64,000 nucleotides of DNA, from assembly GCF_003918875.1 (NCBI RefSeq), contig NW_025765337.1:1-64000 (forward strand), read 5' to 3'. Origin of the DNA: Haliotis rubra. Its lineage: Eukaryota. Shown in pieces: positions 44,391 to 57,194 of the stretch. Below the pieces are notes generated by a model. That model saw nothing but the letters and a program-made list of their open reading frames with translations. It was not told where the DNA came from and did not search any database. Numbering within the stretch: the first letter of the stretch is position 1; each line of letters starts with the position of its first letter. Position numbers and translations under genes: made by a program.

Positions 44391-47346
44391 GGAAGTTGAT
44401 ATGAATGAGAAGATACTGGAGTTATCTCTCATTGTAGTGGATGGTACAGGTCCAGCACTACTGGGTCGAGACTGGCTACAGCATATGATGTCATGGCAAC
44501 ACATGTTCACGAACAGTATTGCTAATTCCTCGCAGAAGGAGGATGTCACCGAGATATTGAATGAATATCAGGAAGTCTTTGATGAAGGACTTGGACATTT
44601 GAAGGACTTTAAAGTCAGATTGTCAGTACAAGACAATGCTGTTCCGGTGTTCTGTAAGGTCAGGAATGTACCTTTAGCTCTACGCCAGAAGGTAGATGCA
44701 GAAATTGATAGGATGGAGTCCGAAGACATCATAAGGAAGGTTAGGTTCTCACAGTGGGCTACTCCTGTGGTTCCAGTGGTTAAACCATCAGGCGAGGTTC
44801 GTCTCTGTGGAGATTATAAATCAACTGTGAATCTGTTCTCCAAAACGGACATCCACCCGATTCCTAAAGTGGATGAACTGTTGGCAAATCTGAGTGGTGG
44901 TGAAGAATTTACAAAGCTAGATCTTCGTCATGCGTACCTACAGTTGGAACTTGACGAACCATCAAAAGGGCTGACAACCATAAATACAACAAAGGGTTTG
45001 TATCAATTCAACAGATTGCCATATGGTGTAAGTGCAGCACCTGCAGTGTTCCAACGAACAATAGAGATGGTGTTGAAAGGATTGATAGGACTTGTAATTT
45101 TCATGGATGACATATGCATAACAGGCAGAACCCATACTGAACACAAGAGGAACTTGAAAGCAGTTCTCAAAGCTCTCAGGAGTGCAGGACTTAAACTTCG
45201 ATTGGACAAGTGCAAGTTTTTCCGCAGCAAGGTTGAATTCCTTGGCTTCACGGTTGATAAGGATGGTATTCACCCTACACCTAGCAAGGTTTCTGCGATC
45301 AAAGATGCTCCAGCACCTAAAGAGGTGAATGAGCTGCGTTCTTACTTAGGAATGTTAAATCACTATTCCGAGTTCTTGCCGAACATGGCTACTAAGTGTG
45401 CACCATTATATGATCTGTTGAAGAAGACTGCCACATGGAAATGGACGCAGGTTGAGCAGCAAGCATTTGAAGTTTCCAAGTCTGATCTCACAAGTGATAG
45501 TCTTCTCATACACTATGACAGTGATAAGGAGATAGTTGTATCATGTGATGCATCTCCTTATGGCATAGGATGTGTACTTCAGCACCGAACGGAGGAAGGG
45601 GAAAAACCTGTCGCTTTTGCATCACGCAAGCTCAATTCCGCAGAGAAAAACTATTCTCAACTGGAAAAAGAGGCATTGGCCCTTATCTTCGTGGTCACTA
45701 AGTTCCGACAATACCTACTTGGAAGACAATTCACTCTGATTACGGATCATAAGCCATTGATTCACCTGTTCTCTCCATCCAAAGAAACTCCTGTGATGGC
45801 TGCATCTCGGATCAAGAGATCGTCTCTGAAACTTGCTACATTCCAATACAATATTGAATATAGGACTTCCAAACAAAATGCCAATGCAGATCTGCTTTCA
45901 CGATTGCCTTTGTCATTGATGGAAGATTCCACGGAATCTGACACAGAACTAGTTCTACTCCTATCACAAGTTGATGAGGATTTGCCCATAACTGCACAAG
46001 CCGTTGCCAGGGCAACAGATAATGACAAGTTGCTTCATCAAGTACAACAACTCACACTTGAAGGTTGGCCTGAGGAGCCTGATCATGTATCACAAGAATT
46101 AAAGCCGTTCTATCAACGTCGATTGGAGCTGACAGTTGAACAAGGTGTTGTGATGTGGGGAACAAGAGTGTTGATTCCTACTATTTATAGGGAAGCCCTA
46201 TTGAATGAGTTACACAACGAACATTCCGGAATGGTTCATATGAAGTCAGTTGTGAGAGGTATCATCTGGTGGCCCTACTTGGACCGTGATATTGAGAATC
46301 TGGTCAGGGGATGTTTAGATTGTCAGGAGGAAGCCAATCATCCAGTATCAGTCGTGCCTACCCCTTGGAAGTGGCCATCATCTCCTTGGACTAGACTGCA
46401 CATAGACTTTGCAGGTCCTTTCATTGGACACTCATTTCTCGTAATTGTGGACGCTCACTCCAAATGGTTGGAAATATATCAGATGAGGTCTACCACTGCT
46501 ACGATCACGATCAAGCATCTTCGCCGATTGTTTGCTACATTTGGACTGCCACTCCATATTGTTTCTGACAACGGAACCCAATTCACATGCCAGGAGTTCC
46601 AAACATTCTTGCGTCGCAACAAAATACGACACACCACAACTGCACCTGCCCATCCGGCAACAAACGGACAGGCAGAAAGAGCAGTAGCATCTTTCAAACA
46701 AGCCATGAAGAAAATGAAGAATCAGGATGGTGACATTGGAGATAAGTTACTGAGATTTCTATTTTCTTATCGCACCACTCCTCACTCGTCAACAGGAAAA
46801 ACACCTGCAGAGTTACTCATGAAACGTACCTTGAGGACTCGACTCTCCGCACTCCGGCCAGCAATGGAGAATGATATGTCTGTGAAGGAAGATCCTCACG
46901 ACAATGCGCCCAGATACTTTGATGTAGGACAAGCTGTATTTGTCCGTAACTATGGTGTTTACGGTGCTAGATGGTTAATTGGCACTATAGTTGAAAGACT
47001 AGGGGACAGAAACTACCAGGTTTCTGTAGGAAGTCAAGTGTGGAAAAGACATGTAGACCAAATCAGGTCGAGAGACATAACTACAGGATGTAGATTGCCT
47101 CTCGATCCATTCATTCCGCACATTCCGGATCACGATATTTCTCAACGAGGAAGGTCAGAGAGCATGTTATCCAGCAACCAGCCAAAGCAGGCAGAGAGCA
47201 ACCTAGCACCACCTCTAACAGTTGTTCAGGGGAAGAGTTTGACTGCACCATGTGGGAAGCCAGCTGCGACACCAGCTGCTGTTGAAGAACCCCGTCGCAA
47301 CCCTCCCAGAGATCGGAGAAGACCAGCCCGATTCAGTGACGTGTAA
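44389..47346 (+). CDS. pol: Gypsy Pol (RT-RNase H-integrase), open 985-aa frame
   Basis: VRLCGDYK, RLPYGV, FMDD, SCDASPYGIG, H..H..C..C, HIDFAGP, VSDNGTQF, NGQAERAV. Confidence 0.95.
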   Translation: MEVDMNEKILELSLIVVDGTGPALLGRDWLQHMMSWQHMFTNSIANSSQKEDVTEILNEYQEVFDEGLGHLKDFKVRLSVQDNAVPVFCKVRNVPLALRQKVDAEIDRMESEDIIRKVRFSQWATPVVPVVKPSGEVRLCGDYKSTVNLFSKTDIHPIPKVDELLANLSGGEEFTKLDLRHAYLQLELDEPSKGLTTINTTKGLYQFNRLPYGVSAAPAVFQRTIEMVLKGLIGLVIFMDDICITGRTHTEHKRNLKAVLKALRSAGLKLRLDKCKFFRSKVEFLGFTVDKDGIHPTPSKVSAIKDAPAPKEVNELRSYLGMLNHYSEFLPNMATKCAPLYDLLKKTATWKWTQVEQQAFEVSKSDLTSDSLLIHYDSDKEIVVSCDASPYGIGCVLQHRTEEGEKPVAFASRKLNSAEKNYSQLEKEALALIFVVTKFRQYLLGRQFTLITDHKPLIHLFSPSKETPVMAASRIKRSSLKLATFQYNIEYRTSKQNANADLLSRLPLSLMEDSTESDTELVLLLSQVDEDLPITAQAVARATDNDKLLHQVQQLTLEGWPEEPDHVSQELKPFYQRRLELTVEQGVVMWGTRVLIPTIYREALLNELHNEHSGMVHMKSVVRGIIWWPYLDRDIENLVRGCLDCQEEANHPVSVVPTPWKWPSSPWTRLHIDFAGPFIGHSFLVIVDAHSKWLEIYQMRSTTATITIKHLRRLFATFGLPLHIVSDNGTQFTCQEFQTFLRRNKIRHTTTAPAHPATNGQAERAVASFKQAMKKMKNQDGDIGDKLLRFLFSYRTTPHSSTGKTPAELLMKRTLRTRLSALRPAMENDMSVKEDPHDNAPRYFDVGQAVFVRNYGVYGARWLIGTIVERLGDRNYQVSVGSQVWKRHVDQIRSRDITTGCRLPLDPFIPHIPDHDISQRGRSESMLSSNQPKQAESNLAPPLTVVQGKSLTAPCGKPAATPAAVEEPRRNPPRDRRRPARFSDV

Positions 47347-47812
47347 TAATGAAAGAGTGTATTGAACGCTAAAAGTGTGAATGTGTTCATTCATTGTGTT
47401 CTGCAAGATATTGTGCCAGTGAACAATATTAAGTTCAAATATGAGTGCTACAGATTGAACTCTAATTTCTCAAGTGCAGATGCACATTTCCTTTTGATGT
47501 CATGGACATTACATTATTTGAGAAGGTGACAGAGGACTTATTGGTCTTAAGAGGGAAAATTTTAGTTTTTTTTTTGTACCTCTCGGAGGAAATAGTAAAA
47601 AACTAGAGGGGGTGATGTAGGATATTGGTCTGTAATGGTTGTTCCCGGCTGTTACGTTAGTACTGTCCGGATGTTAATCACGGAAGTAGGAGAGCGGAAG
47701 TGGCGTTCTCGTCTGTTGTGAGATGGCAACCAGTAAACGATGTCAACCGATCTTGTCTCTTGTTATTGCTGAGTAGTTCAGGATCGAAGGGTCTACGGAC
47801 AAGTACACAACA

Positions 47813-48545
47813 GTATGTGACCCTTGACATGGCAGTACTTACACATTTCATCTTTGTAACAACACTTTTTAGGTGTATGGTTGGTCCCCAAACATCTGTA
47901 ACATGATTGACTGTTGTAACTCACAGGTGCTGGTCTGTGCTTGTTATTCCTGTGCTGTATATGTTTGGTCTTGTTTTTGTGTGATGAAACGTGGTGTACC
48001 CCTTCCTCTTTCTTTGAAATTACTTGCTGCATGTCAGAAATGTTTTTGTTTGCACTCTCAATTCCTTGGGCTATTTCCAAAGCCTTTTTGTAATTCAATT
48101 CTGGTTCAGAGAGTAATCTCCTTTGAATTCGGTCATCCATTACACCACATACGAGTCGGTTGCGAAGCTGGTTCTCAATTGCTCCCCCGTAATTGCAATG
48201 CTCGGCAATGCTTCAGAGTTCAGCCACGAATGACGAAATTGACTGTCCCTGTTTCCTGGAACACGTGTTGAACTTAAACCGCTGAATGATTGGAGACGGT
48301 TTAGGGTCGTAATGTTTTCCAAGAAGTTGGATCTTTGAAGGACCTGTCTGAGGTTTTTGCAGGGGAAACCAAACTTCTTAACAGACTATAAGTCTTTGCA
48401 CCAACAACACTGATAAGAATGGCGCGCCCTTTCGTGCCGCTGCCTCTATGGAGTTCGCTTCAAAGTATGCAGTTAGTCTCTCGGAATAAGCTATCCATGA
48501 TTTGTGTTCAGCGTCGAACTCACCGATTTTGTCGTATGAAGCCAT
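47813..48545 (-). pseudogene. gag remnant of the outer Gypsy
   Basis: MASYDKIGEFD...WIAYSERL..YFEAN; DDRIQRRLLSE; CYRCLGTNHTPKKC...CKYCHVKGH. Confidence 0.85.
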
Positions 48546-48642
48546 ATTGTTTGTCCTCGTCGCCAATTCTGTGGTGTTTTAGATGAATAACGGACTGGGG
48601 ATTGGAATTAAAGGTTTAATCATTGAGGAGTACAAGCGACTC

Positions 48643-48970
48643 CAGGGCTCCAGATAAGGGTCGTATTGGGGTAGGTACGGATATAAAATAAGCATGATAC
48701 GGTAGGAAATAATTTAGAAAACGTAGCAGATACGCACCACAGCAGTGGTGTACGGTCTTAGAATCCTTTACAGACGTACTTATCCGAAAATGAATTGTTT
48801 TATTGATCATTGCAGTGTTGTGGTGCATATATGAAACGAAACACAAGATTACTGATACTCCTTTAAATCCCATTCAGTACTCTAAATGTACTCTTAAAGT
48901 TTTCCAGTACTCCTATATTGAAAAAATAAGGAGTACGTACTCCTGATGTTGAAAATCATCTGGAGCCCTG
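48643..48970. mobile_element. MITE (328 bp) inserted in the 5' LTR of the outer Gypsy
   Basis: 13-bp TIR CAGGGCTCCAGAT / ATCTGGAGCCCTG flanked by a GACTC duplication; absent from the other LTR. Confidence 0.88.
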
Positions 48971-49749
48971 GACTCCATAGTCAGGCCAATCCCAGATGCC
49001 TCTGCGCGGGGAGCGGTCCATAACTTCCGCTGTTGAAGGGAGGCCTCATTGTCGAGTTGTATAACACTGAGTGCTACAGACTACGTGTTATTACACTGTC
49101 CTTCGCTTGTTTGTAAACTCTTATCCCATGTCAGAAATGTGGCGATGATTGGAGACCTTATTTCTCATATTGAGTCAGTGACCTCTGTGAATGAGGATAT
49201 CATCCACGTTCCAACTTTCTGGTCTGTCTGTTCCCAAGTTTCAATTCCCGTTTCACCAATTCCATTCCTTCTGTTCTGACATTCAAGATCATCTAGTTTG
49301 TCTCACATAAGTGATAGTTCAGATTTAAGTTAACTGTTTTCTGACTTCAGCGCCTTGAACTTCTTGTGCATTTCAGCTGCCATGTCATCAACTTTATTGC
49401 TCAAGTTTTGAAACCTTTGTGATAATGAGTGGATGTCCGATTTTATTTCTCTAAGTATATTAAGAACGTCACTTGATTCTTTCTCCGTAGTGTGAAGTCC
49501 AATCGCTCCAGCTGGGTCGACAGATAACGTGGTTTGTTGTCGTGTACTGGGGCGGGGACAAGGGCCTCGGTTGGACTGCCACATGTTACTAACAAAGTAC
49601 TCAGCAGCACCAAGAGACTCAGGCATACAGAAACATAGTATTCTGAGCATAACAGCATTTTTGTCTCTTCTTGGTTTTGTCTGGTTGACTTAAACATCCT
49701 ATTTTAGCTCTATATTGAGTTAAATATATCCCCATCGCGAGAGCTATAC

Positions 49750-52700
49750 GTATGATACTGTATCAGGTTGTTAATATATACACATCAGTGTGATACTGTA
49801 TGGTTGTAAATATATACACGTCAGTATGATACTGTAACAGGTTGTAAATATATACACGTCAGTATGATACTGTATGGTTGTAAATGTATACACATCAGTA
49901 TGATACTGTATGGTTGTAAATGTATACACATCGTATGATACTGTATAGTTGTAAATGTATACACATCAGTATGATACTGTATGGTTGTAAATGTATACAC
50001 ATCAGTATGATACTGTATGGTAAATGTATACACATCAGTATGATACTGTATGGTAAATGTATACACATCAGTATGATACTGTATAGTTGTAAATGTATAC
50101 ACATCAGTATGATGCTGTATAGTTGTAAATATATACACGTCAGTATGATGCTGTATAGTTGTAAATGTATACACATCAGTATGATACTGTATGGTAAATG
50201 TATACACATCAGTATGATACTGTATAGTTGTAAATGTATACACATCAGTATGATGCTGTATAGTTGTAAATATATACACGTCAGTATGATGCTGTATAGT
50301 TGTAAATGTATACACATCAGTATGATACTGTATGGTAAATGTATACACATCAGTATGATACTGTATAGTTGTAAATGTATACACGTCAGTATGATGCTGT
50401 ATAGTTGTAAATGTATACACATCAGTATGATACTGTATAGTTGTAAATATATACACGTCAGTATGATGCTGTATAGTTGTAAATGTATACACATCAGTAT
50501 GATACTGTATGGTAAATGTATACACATCAGTATGATACTGTATGGTAAATGTATACACATCAGTATGATACTGTATAGTTGTAAATGTATACACGTCAGT
50601 ATGATGCTGTATAGTTGTAAATGTATACACGTCAGTATGATGCTGTATTGTTGTAAATATATACACGTCAGTATGATGCTGTATAGTTGTAAATATATAC
50701 ACGTCAGTATGATACTGTATAGTTGTAAATGTATACACGTCAGTATGATAATAGTTGTAAATGTATACACATCAGTATGATACTGTATAGTTGTAAATGT
50801 ATACACATCAGTATGATACTGTATAGTTGTAAATGTATACACATCAGTATGATGCTGTATAGTTGTAAATGTATACACGTCAGTATGATGCTGTATAGTT
50901 GTAAATGTATACACGTCAGTATGATGCTGTATAGTTGTAAATGTATACACATCAGTATGATGCTGTATAGTTGTAAATATATACTCGTCAGTATGATGCT
51001 GTATAGTTGTAAATATATACACGTCAGTATGATACTGTATAGTTGTAAATGTATACACGTCAGTATGATGCTGTATAGTTGTAAATATATACACATCAGT
51101 ATGATACTGTATAGTTGTAAATATATACACGTCAGTATGATACTGTATAGTTGTAAATGTATACACGTCAGTATGATGCTGTATAGTTGTAAATGTATAC
51201 ACGTCAGTATGATGCTGTATAGTTGTAAATATATACACGTCAGTATGATGCTGTATAGTTGTAAATATATATACGTCAGTATGATACTGTATAGTTGTAA
51301 ATGTATACACATCAGTATGATGCTGTATAGTTGTAAATGTATACACATCAGTATGATACTGTATAGTTGTAAATGTATACACATCAGTATGATGCTGTAT
51401 AGTTGTAAATGTATACACATCAGTATGATGCTGTATAGTTGTAAATATATACACGTCAGTATGATACTGTATAGTTGTAAATGTATACACATCAGTATGA
51501 TACTGTATAGTTGTAAATTTATACACATCAGTATGATACTGTATAGTTGTAAATGTATACACATCAGTATGATGCTGTATAGTTGTAAATATATACACGT
51601 CAGTATGATGCTGTATAGTTGTAAATGTATACACATCAGTATGATACTGTATAGTTGTAAATATATACACATCAGTATGATACTGTATAGTTGTAAATGT
51701 ATACACACATCAGTATGATACTGTATAGTTGTAAATGTATACACATCAGGTTGTATGATACTGTATGGTTGTAAATGTATACACATCAGTATGATACTGT
51801 ATAGTTGTAAATGTATACGCATCAGTATGATACTGTATAGTTGTAAATGTATACACATCAGTATGATACTGTATGGTTGTAAATGTATACACATCAGGAT
51901 GATACTGTATGGTTGTAAATGTATACACATCAGTATGATACTGTATGGTTGTAAATGTAAATGTATACACATCAGTATGATACTGTATAGTTGTAAATGT
52001 ATACACATCAGTATGATACTGTATAGTTGTAAATGTATACACATCAGTATGATACTGTATGGTTGTAAATGTATACACATCAGTATGATACTGTATAGTT
52101 GTAAATGTATACACATCAGTATGATACTGTATAGTTGTAAATGTATACACATCAGTATGATGCTGTATAGTTGTAAATATATACACGTCAGTATGATGCT
52201 GTATAGTTGTAAATGGATACACATCAGTATGATACTGTATAGTTGTAAATATATACACATCAGTATGATACTGTATAGTTGTAAATGTATACACATCAGT
52301 ATGATACTGTATAGTTGTAAATGTATACACATCAGTATGATACTGTATGGTTGTAAATGTATACACATCAGTATGATACTGTATAGTTGTAAATGTATAC
52401 ACATCAGTATGTTACTGTATAGTTGTAAATGTATACACATCAGTATAATGCTGTATAGTTGTAAATGTATACACATCAGTATGATACTGTATGGTTGTAA
52501 ATGTATACACATCAGTATGATACTGTATGGTTGTAAATGTATACACATCAGTATGATGCTGTATAGTTGTAAATGTATACACATCAGTATGATGCTGTAT
52601 AGTTGTAAATGTATACACATCAGTATGATGCTGTATAGTTGTAAATATATACACGTCAGTATGATACTGTATAGTTGTAAATGTATACACAACTGTATGA

Positions 52701-55700
52701 TACTGTATGGTTGTAAATGTATACACATCGTATGATACTGTATAGTTGTAAATGTATACACATCAGTATGATACTGTATGGTTGTAAATGTATACACATC
52801 AGTATGATACTGTATGGTAAATGTATACACATCAGTATGATACTGTATGGTAAATGTATACACATCAGTATGATACTGTATAGTTGTAAATGTATACACA
52901 TCAGTATGATGCTGTATAGTTGTAAATATATACACGTCAGTATGATGCTGTATAGTTGTAAATGTATACACATCAGTATGATACTGTATGGTAAATGTAT
53001 ACACATCAGTATGATACTGTATAGTTGTAAATGTATACACATCAGTATGATGCTGTATAGTTGTAAATATATACACGTCAGTATGATGCTGTATAGTTGT
53101 AAATGTATACACATCAGTATGATACTGTATGGTAAATGTATACACATCAGTATGATACTGTATAGTTGTAAATGTATACACGTCAGTATGATGCTGTATA
53201 GTTGTAAATGTATACACATCAGTATGATACTGTATAGTTGTAAATATATACACGTCCAGTATGATGCTGTATAGTTGTAAATGTATACACATCAGTATGA
53301 TACTGTATGGTAAATGTATACACATCAGTATGATACTGTATGGTAAATGTATACACATCAGTATGATACTGTATAGTTGTAAATGTATACACGTCAGTAT
53401 GATGCTGTATAGTTGTAAATGTATACACGTCAGTATGATGCTGTATAGTTGTAAATATATACACGTCAGTATGATGCTGTATAGTTGTAAATATATACAC
53501 GTCAGTATGATGCTGTATAGTTGTAAATGTATACACATCAGTATGATGCTGTATAGTTGTAAATGTATACACATCAGTATGATGCTGTATAGTTGTAAAT
53601 GTATACACGTCAGTATGATGCTGTATAGTTGTAAATGTATACACGTCAGTATGATGCTGTATAGTTGTAAATGTATACACATCAGTATGATGCTGTATAG
53701 TTGTAAATATATACTTTCGCCAGTATGATGCTGTATAGTTGTAAATATATACACGTCAGTATGATACTGTATAGTTGTAAATGTATACACGTCAGTATGA
53801 TGCTGTATAGTTGTAAATATATACACGTCAGGATGATACTGTATAGTTGTAAAATGTATACACATCAGTATGATGCTGTATAGTTGTAAATGTATACACA
53901 TCAGTATGATGCTGTATAGTTGTAAATATATACAATCGCCAGTATGATACTGTATAGTTGTAAATGTATACACATCAGTATGATACCGTATAGTTGTAAA
54001 ATGTATACACGCCAGTATGATGCTGTATAGTTGTAAATGTATACACGCCAGTATGATGCTGTATAGTTGTAAAATATATATACCGCCAGTATGATGCCGT
54101 ATAGTTGTAAATGTATACACGCCAGTATGATGCTGTATAGTTGTAAATGTATACACGTCAGTATGATGCTGTATAGTTGTAAATGTATACACATCAGTAT
54201 GATGCTGTATAGTTGTAAATGTATACACGTCAGTATGATGCTGTATAGTTGTAAATATATACACGTCAGTATGATGCTGTATAGTTGTAAATATATATAC
54301 GTCAGTATGATACTGTATAGTTGTAAATGTATACACATCAGTATGATGCTGTATAGTTGTAAATGTATACACATCAGTATGATACTGTATAGTTGTAAAT
54401 GTATACACATCAGTATGATGCTGTATAGTTGTAAATGTATACACATCAGTATGATGCTGTATAGTTGTAAATATATACACGTCAGTATGATACTGTATAG
54501 TTGTAAATGTATACACATCAGTATGATACTGTATAGTTGTAAATTTATACACATCAGTATGATACTGTATAGTTGTAAATGTATACACATCAGTATGATG
54601 CTGTATAGTTGTAAATATATACACGTCAGTATGATGCTGTATAGTTGTAAATGTATACACATCAGTATGATACTGTATAGTTGTAAATATATACACATCA
54701 GTATGATACTGTATAGTTGTAAATGTATACACATCAGTATGATACTGTATAGTTGTAAATGTATACACATCAGTATGATACTGTATGGTTGTAAATGTAT
54801 ACACATCAGTATGATACTGTATAGTTGTAAATGTATACGCATCAGTATGATACTGTATAGTTGTAAATGTATACACATCAGTATGATACTGTATGGTTGT
54901 AAATGTATACACATCAGCATGATACTGTATAGTTGTAAATGTATACACATCAGGATGTTACTGTATGGTTGTAAATGTATACACATCAGTATGATACTGT
55001 ATGGTTGTAAATGTATACACATCAGTATGATACTGTATAGTTGTAAATGTATACACATCAGTATGATACTGTATAGTTGTAAATGTATACACATCAGTAT
55101 GATACTGTATGGTTGTAAATGTATACACATCAGTATGATACTGTATAGTTGTAAATGTATACACATCAGTATGATACTGTATAGTTGTAAATGTATACAC
55201 ATCAGTATGATGCTGTATAGTTGTAAATATATACACGTCAGTATGATGCTGTATAGTTGTAAATGGATACACATCAGTATGATACTGTATAGTTGTAAAT
55301 ATATACACATCAGTATGATACTGTATAGTTGTAAATGTATACACATCAGTATGATACTGTATAGTTGTAAATGTATACACATCAGTATGATACTGTATGG
55401 TTGTAAATGTATACACATCAGTATGATACTGTATAGTTGTAAATGTATACACATCAGTATGTTACTGTATAGTTGTAAATGTATACACATCAGTATAATG
55501 CTGTATAGTTGTAAATGTATACACATCAGTATGATACTGTATGGTTGTAAATGTATACACATCAGTATGATACTGTATAGTTGTAAATGTATACACATCA
55601 GTATGATACTGTATGGTTGTAAATGTATACACATCAGTATGATACTGTATAGTTGTAAATGTATACACATCAGTATGTTACTGTATTGTTGTAAATGTAT

Positions 55701-56690
55701 ACACATCAGTATAATGCTGTATAGTTGTAAATGTATACACATCAGTATGATACTGTATGGTTGTAAATGTATACACATCAGTATGATACTGTATGGTTGT
55801 AAATGTATACACATCAGTATGATGCTGTATAGTTGTAAATGTATACACATCAGTATGATGCTGTATAGTTGTAAATGTATACACATCAGTATGATGCTGT
55901 ATAGTTGTAAATATATACACGTCAGTATGATACTGTATAGTTGTAAATGTATACACAACTGTATGATACTGTATGGTTGTAAATGTATACACATCAGTAT
56001 GATACTGTATAGTTGTAAATGTATACACATCAGTATGATACTGTATGGTTGTAAATGTATACACATCAGTATGATACTGTATAGTTGTAAATGTATACAC
56101 ATCAGTATGATACTGTATGGTTGTAAATATATACACATCAGTATGATACTGTATGGTTGTAAATGTATACACATCAGTATGATACTGTATAGTTGTAAAT
56201 GTATACACATCAGTATGATACTGTATGGTTGTAAATATATACACATCAGTATGATGCTGTATAGTTGTAAATGTATACACATCAGTATGATACTGTATGG
56301 TAAATGTATACACATCAGTATGATACTGTATAGTTGTAAATGTATACACATCAGTATGATGCTGTATGGTTGTAAATGTATACACATCAGTATGATGCTG
56401 TATAGTTGTAAATGTATACACATCAGTATGATACTGTATAGTTGTAAATATATACACATGAGTATGATGCTGTATGGTTGTAAATATATACACATCAGTA
56501 TGATACTGTATGGTTGTAAATGTATACACATCAGTATGATGCTGTATAGTTGTAAATGTATACACATCAGTATGATACTGTATGGTTGTAAATGTATACA
56601 CATCAGTATGATACTGTATAGTTGTAAATATATACACGTCAGTATGATACTGTATAGTTGTGAATGTATACACATCAGTATGATACATAT
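49750..56690. repeat. Satellite array, 36-bp unit with 33-bp variants, ~6.9 kb
   Basis: ATCAGTATGATACTGTATAGTTGTAAATGTATACAC. Confidence 0.98.
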
Positions 56691-57194
56691 GGTGTAGTGG
56701 GCATGTGTGTGTCGTACCGGATGCTATGGCACTCGGGAAGTAAAAGGCTTATCGTCAACACTTAGTTGTGTCGTCTCTCCTCCTGGGAACAGCAAGTCAT
56801 GCAGTGAAGGACCCATAGAACACTACAGTTGTAAATATATACATATATACACATCAGTAGCTCTAGATGTCAAAAAAAATTGTGCAAACAGTGTTTCCAA
56901 TACTACAGCAAGACTATCCATGATACAATAGTGATACTAGTCGAAATAATCAAAGATTGGTCACAGTGGCTAAATGACCAAGCAATCGATCCTGTTTTCT
57001 CATAATCGAAAACACAAACAATTTTGGAACACTTGTTTGCTTTAACAATATTTTTCACAAGGTTGGTTTTGTCTGTCATTACATTTATATTTCATCAGCT
57101 CTACGATCTTGTTCCAAGTCAGGATTGAATTATCTTGAAGAGTCCAGGAAATAAATGTTCGTAGCGTACTAGTAATCCTTTAAAGATGTGAAAC

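Larger units (their letters stand above)
42645..47812 (+). mobile_element. Ty3/Gypsy (Mag-like) LTR retrotransposon, young inner copy
   Basis: LTRs at 42645-42840 and 47616-47812 differ by 1 substitution and 1 indel; TSD GTATG; PPT AGAGGGGGTGA. Confidence 0.97.
38695..49095 (-). mobile_element. Ty3/Gypsy (Mag-like) LTR retrotransposon, outer degenerate copy
   Basis: LTRs at 38695-38863 and 48570-49095 (TGT...ACA); 5-bp TSD CTGTC; PBS TGGCGACGAGGA next to the right LTR; PPT GGAGAGGAA next to the left LTR; gag, PR (IDSGAT), RT, RNase H and IN order on -. Confidence 0.93.
28438..49745 (-). mobile_element. Degenerate, probably full-length LINE (L2/CR1 group) fragmented by nested insertions
   Basis: Collinear on -: coiled-coil ORF1 (49100-49700, DKLDDLECQNRRN), ORF1 end (38427-38694, IVDNEVFTYD), APE (34540-33500, IITWNMEGL, HSGGVTVLI, IHMLNG), RT (NKSPAPDGI, QVGF, YADD, YRYLG, YGSEVWG), (CAT)n tail at 28438-28474. 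The 5' boundary is approximate. Confidence 0.75.

Noticed and set aside
49821-56697. Very long ORFs (up to 1402 aa; YTFTTIQYHTDV and MCIHLQLYSIIL repeats)
   Set aside because: They result from a 36-bp unit that lacks stops in several frames, are open on both strands, and have no unique domain
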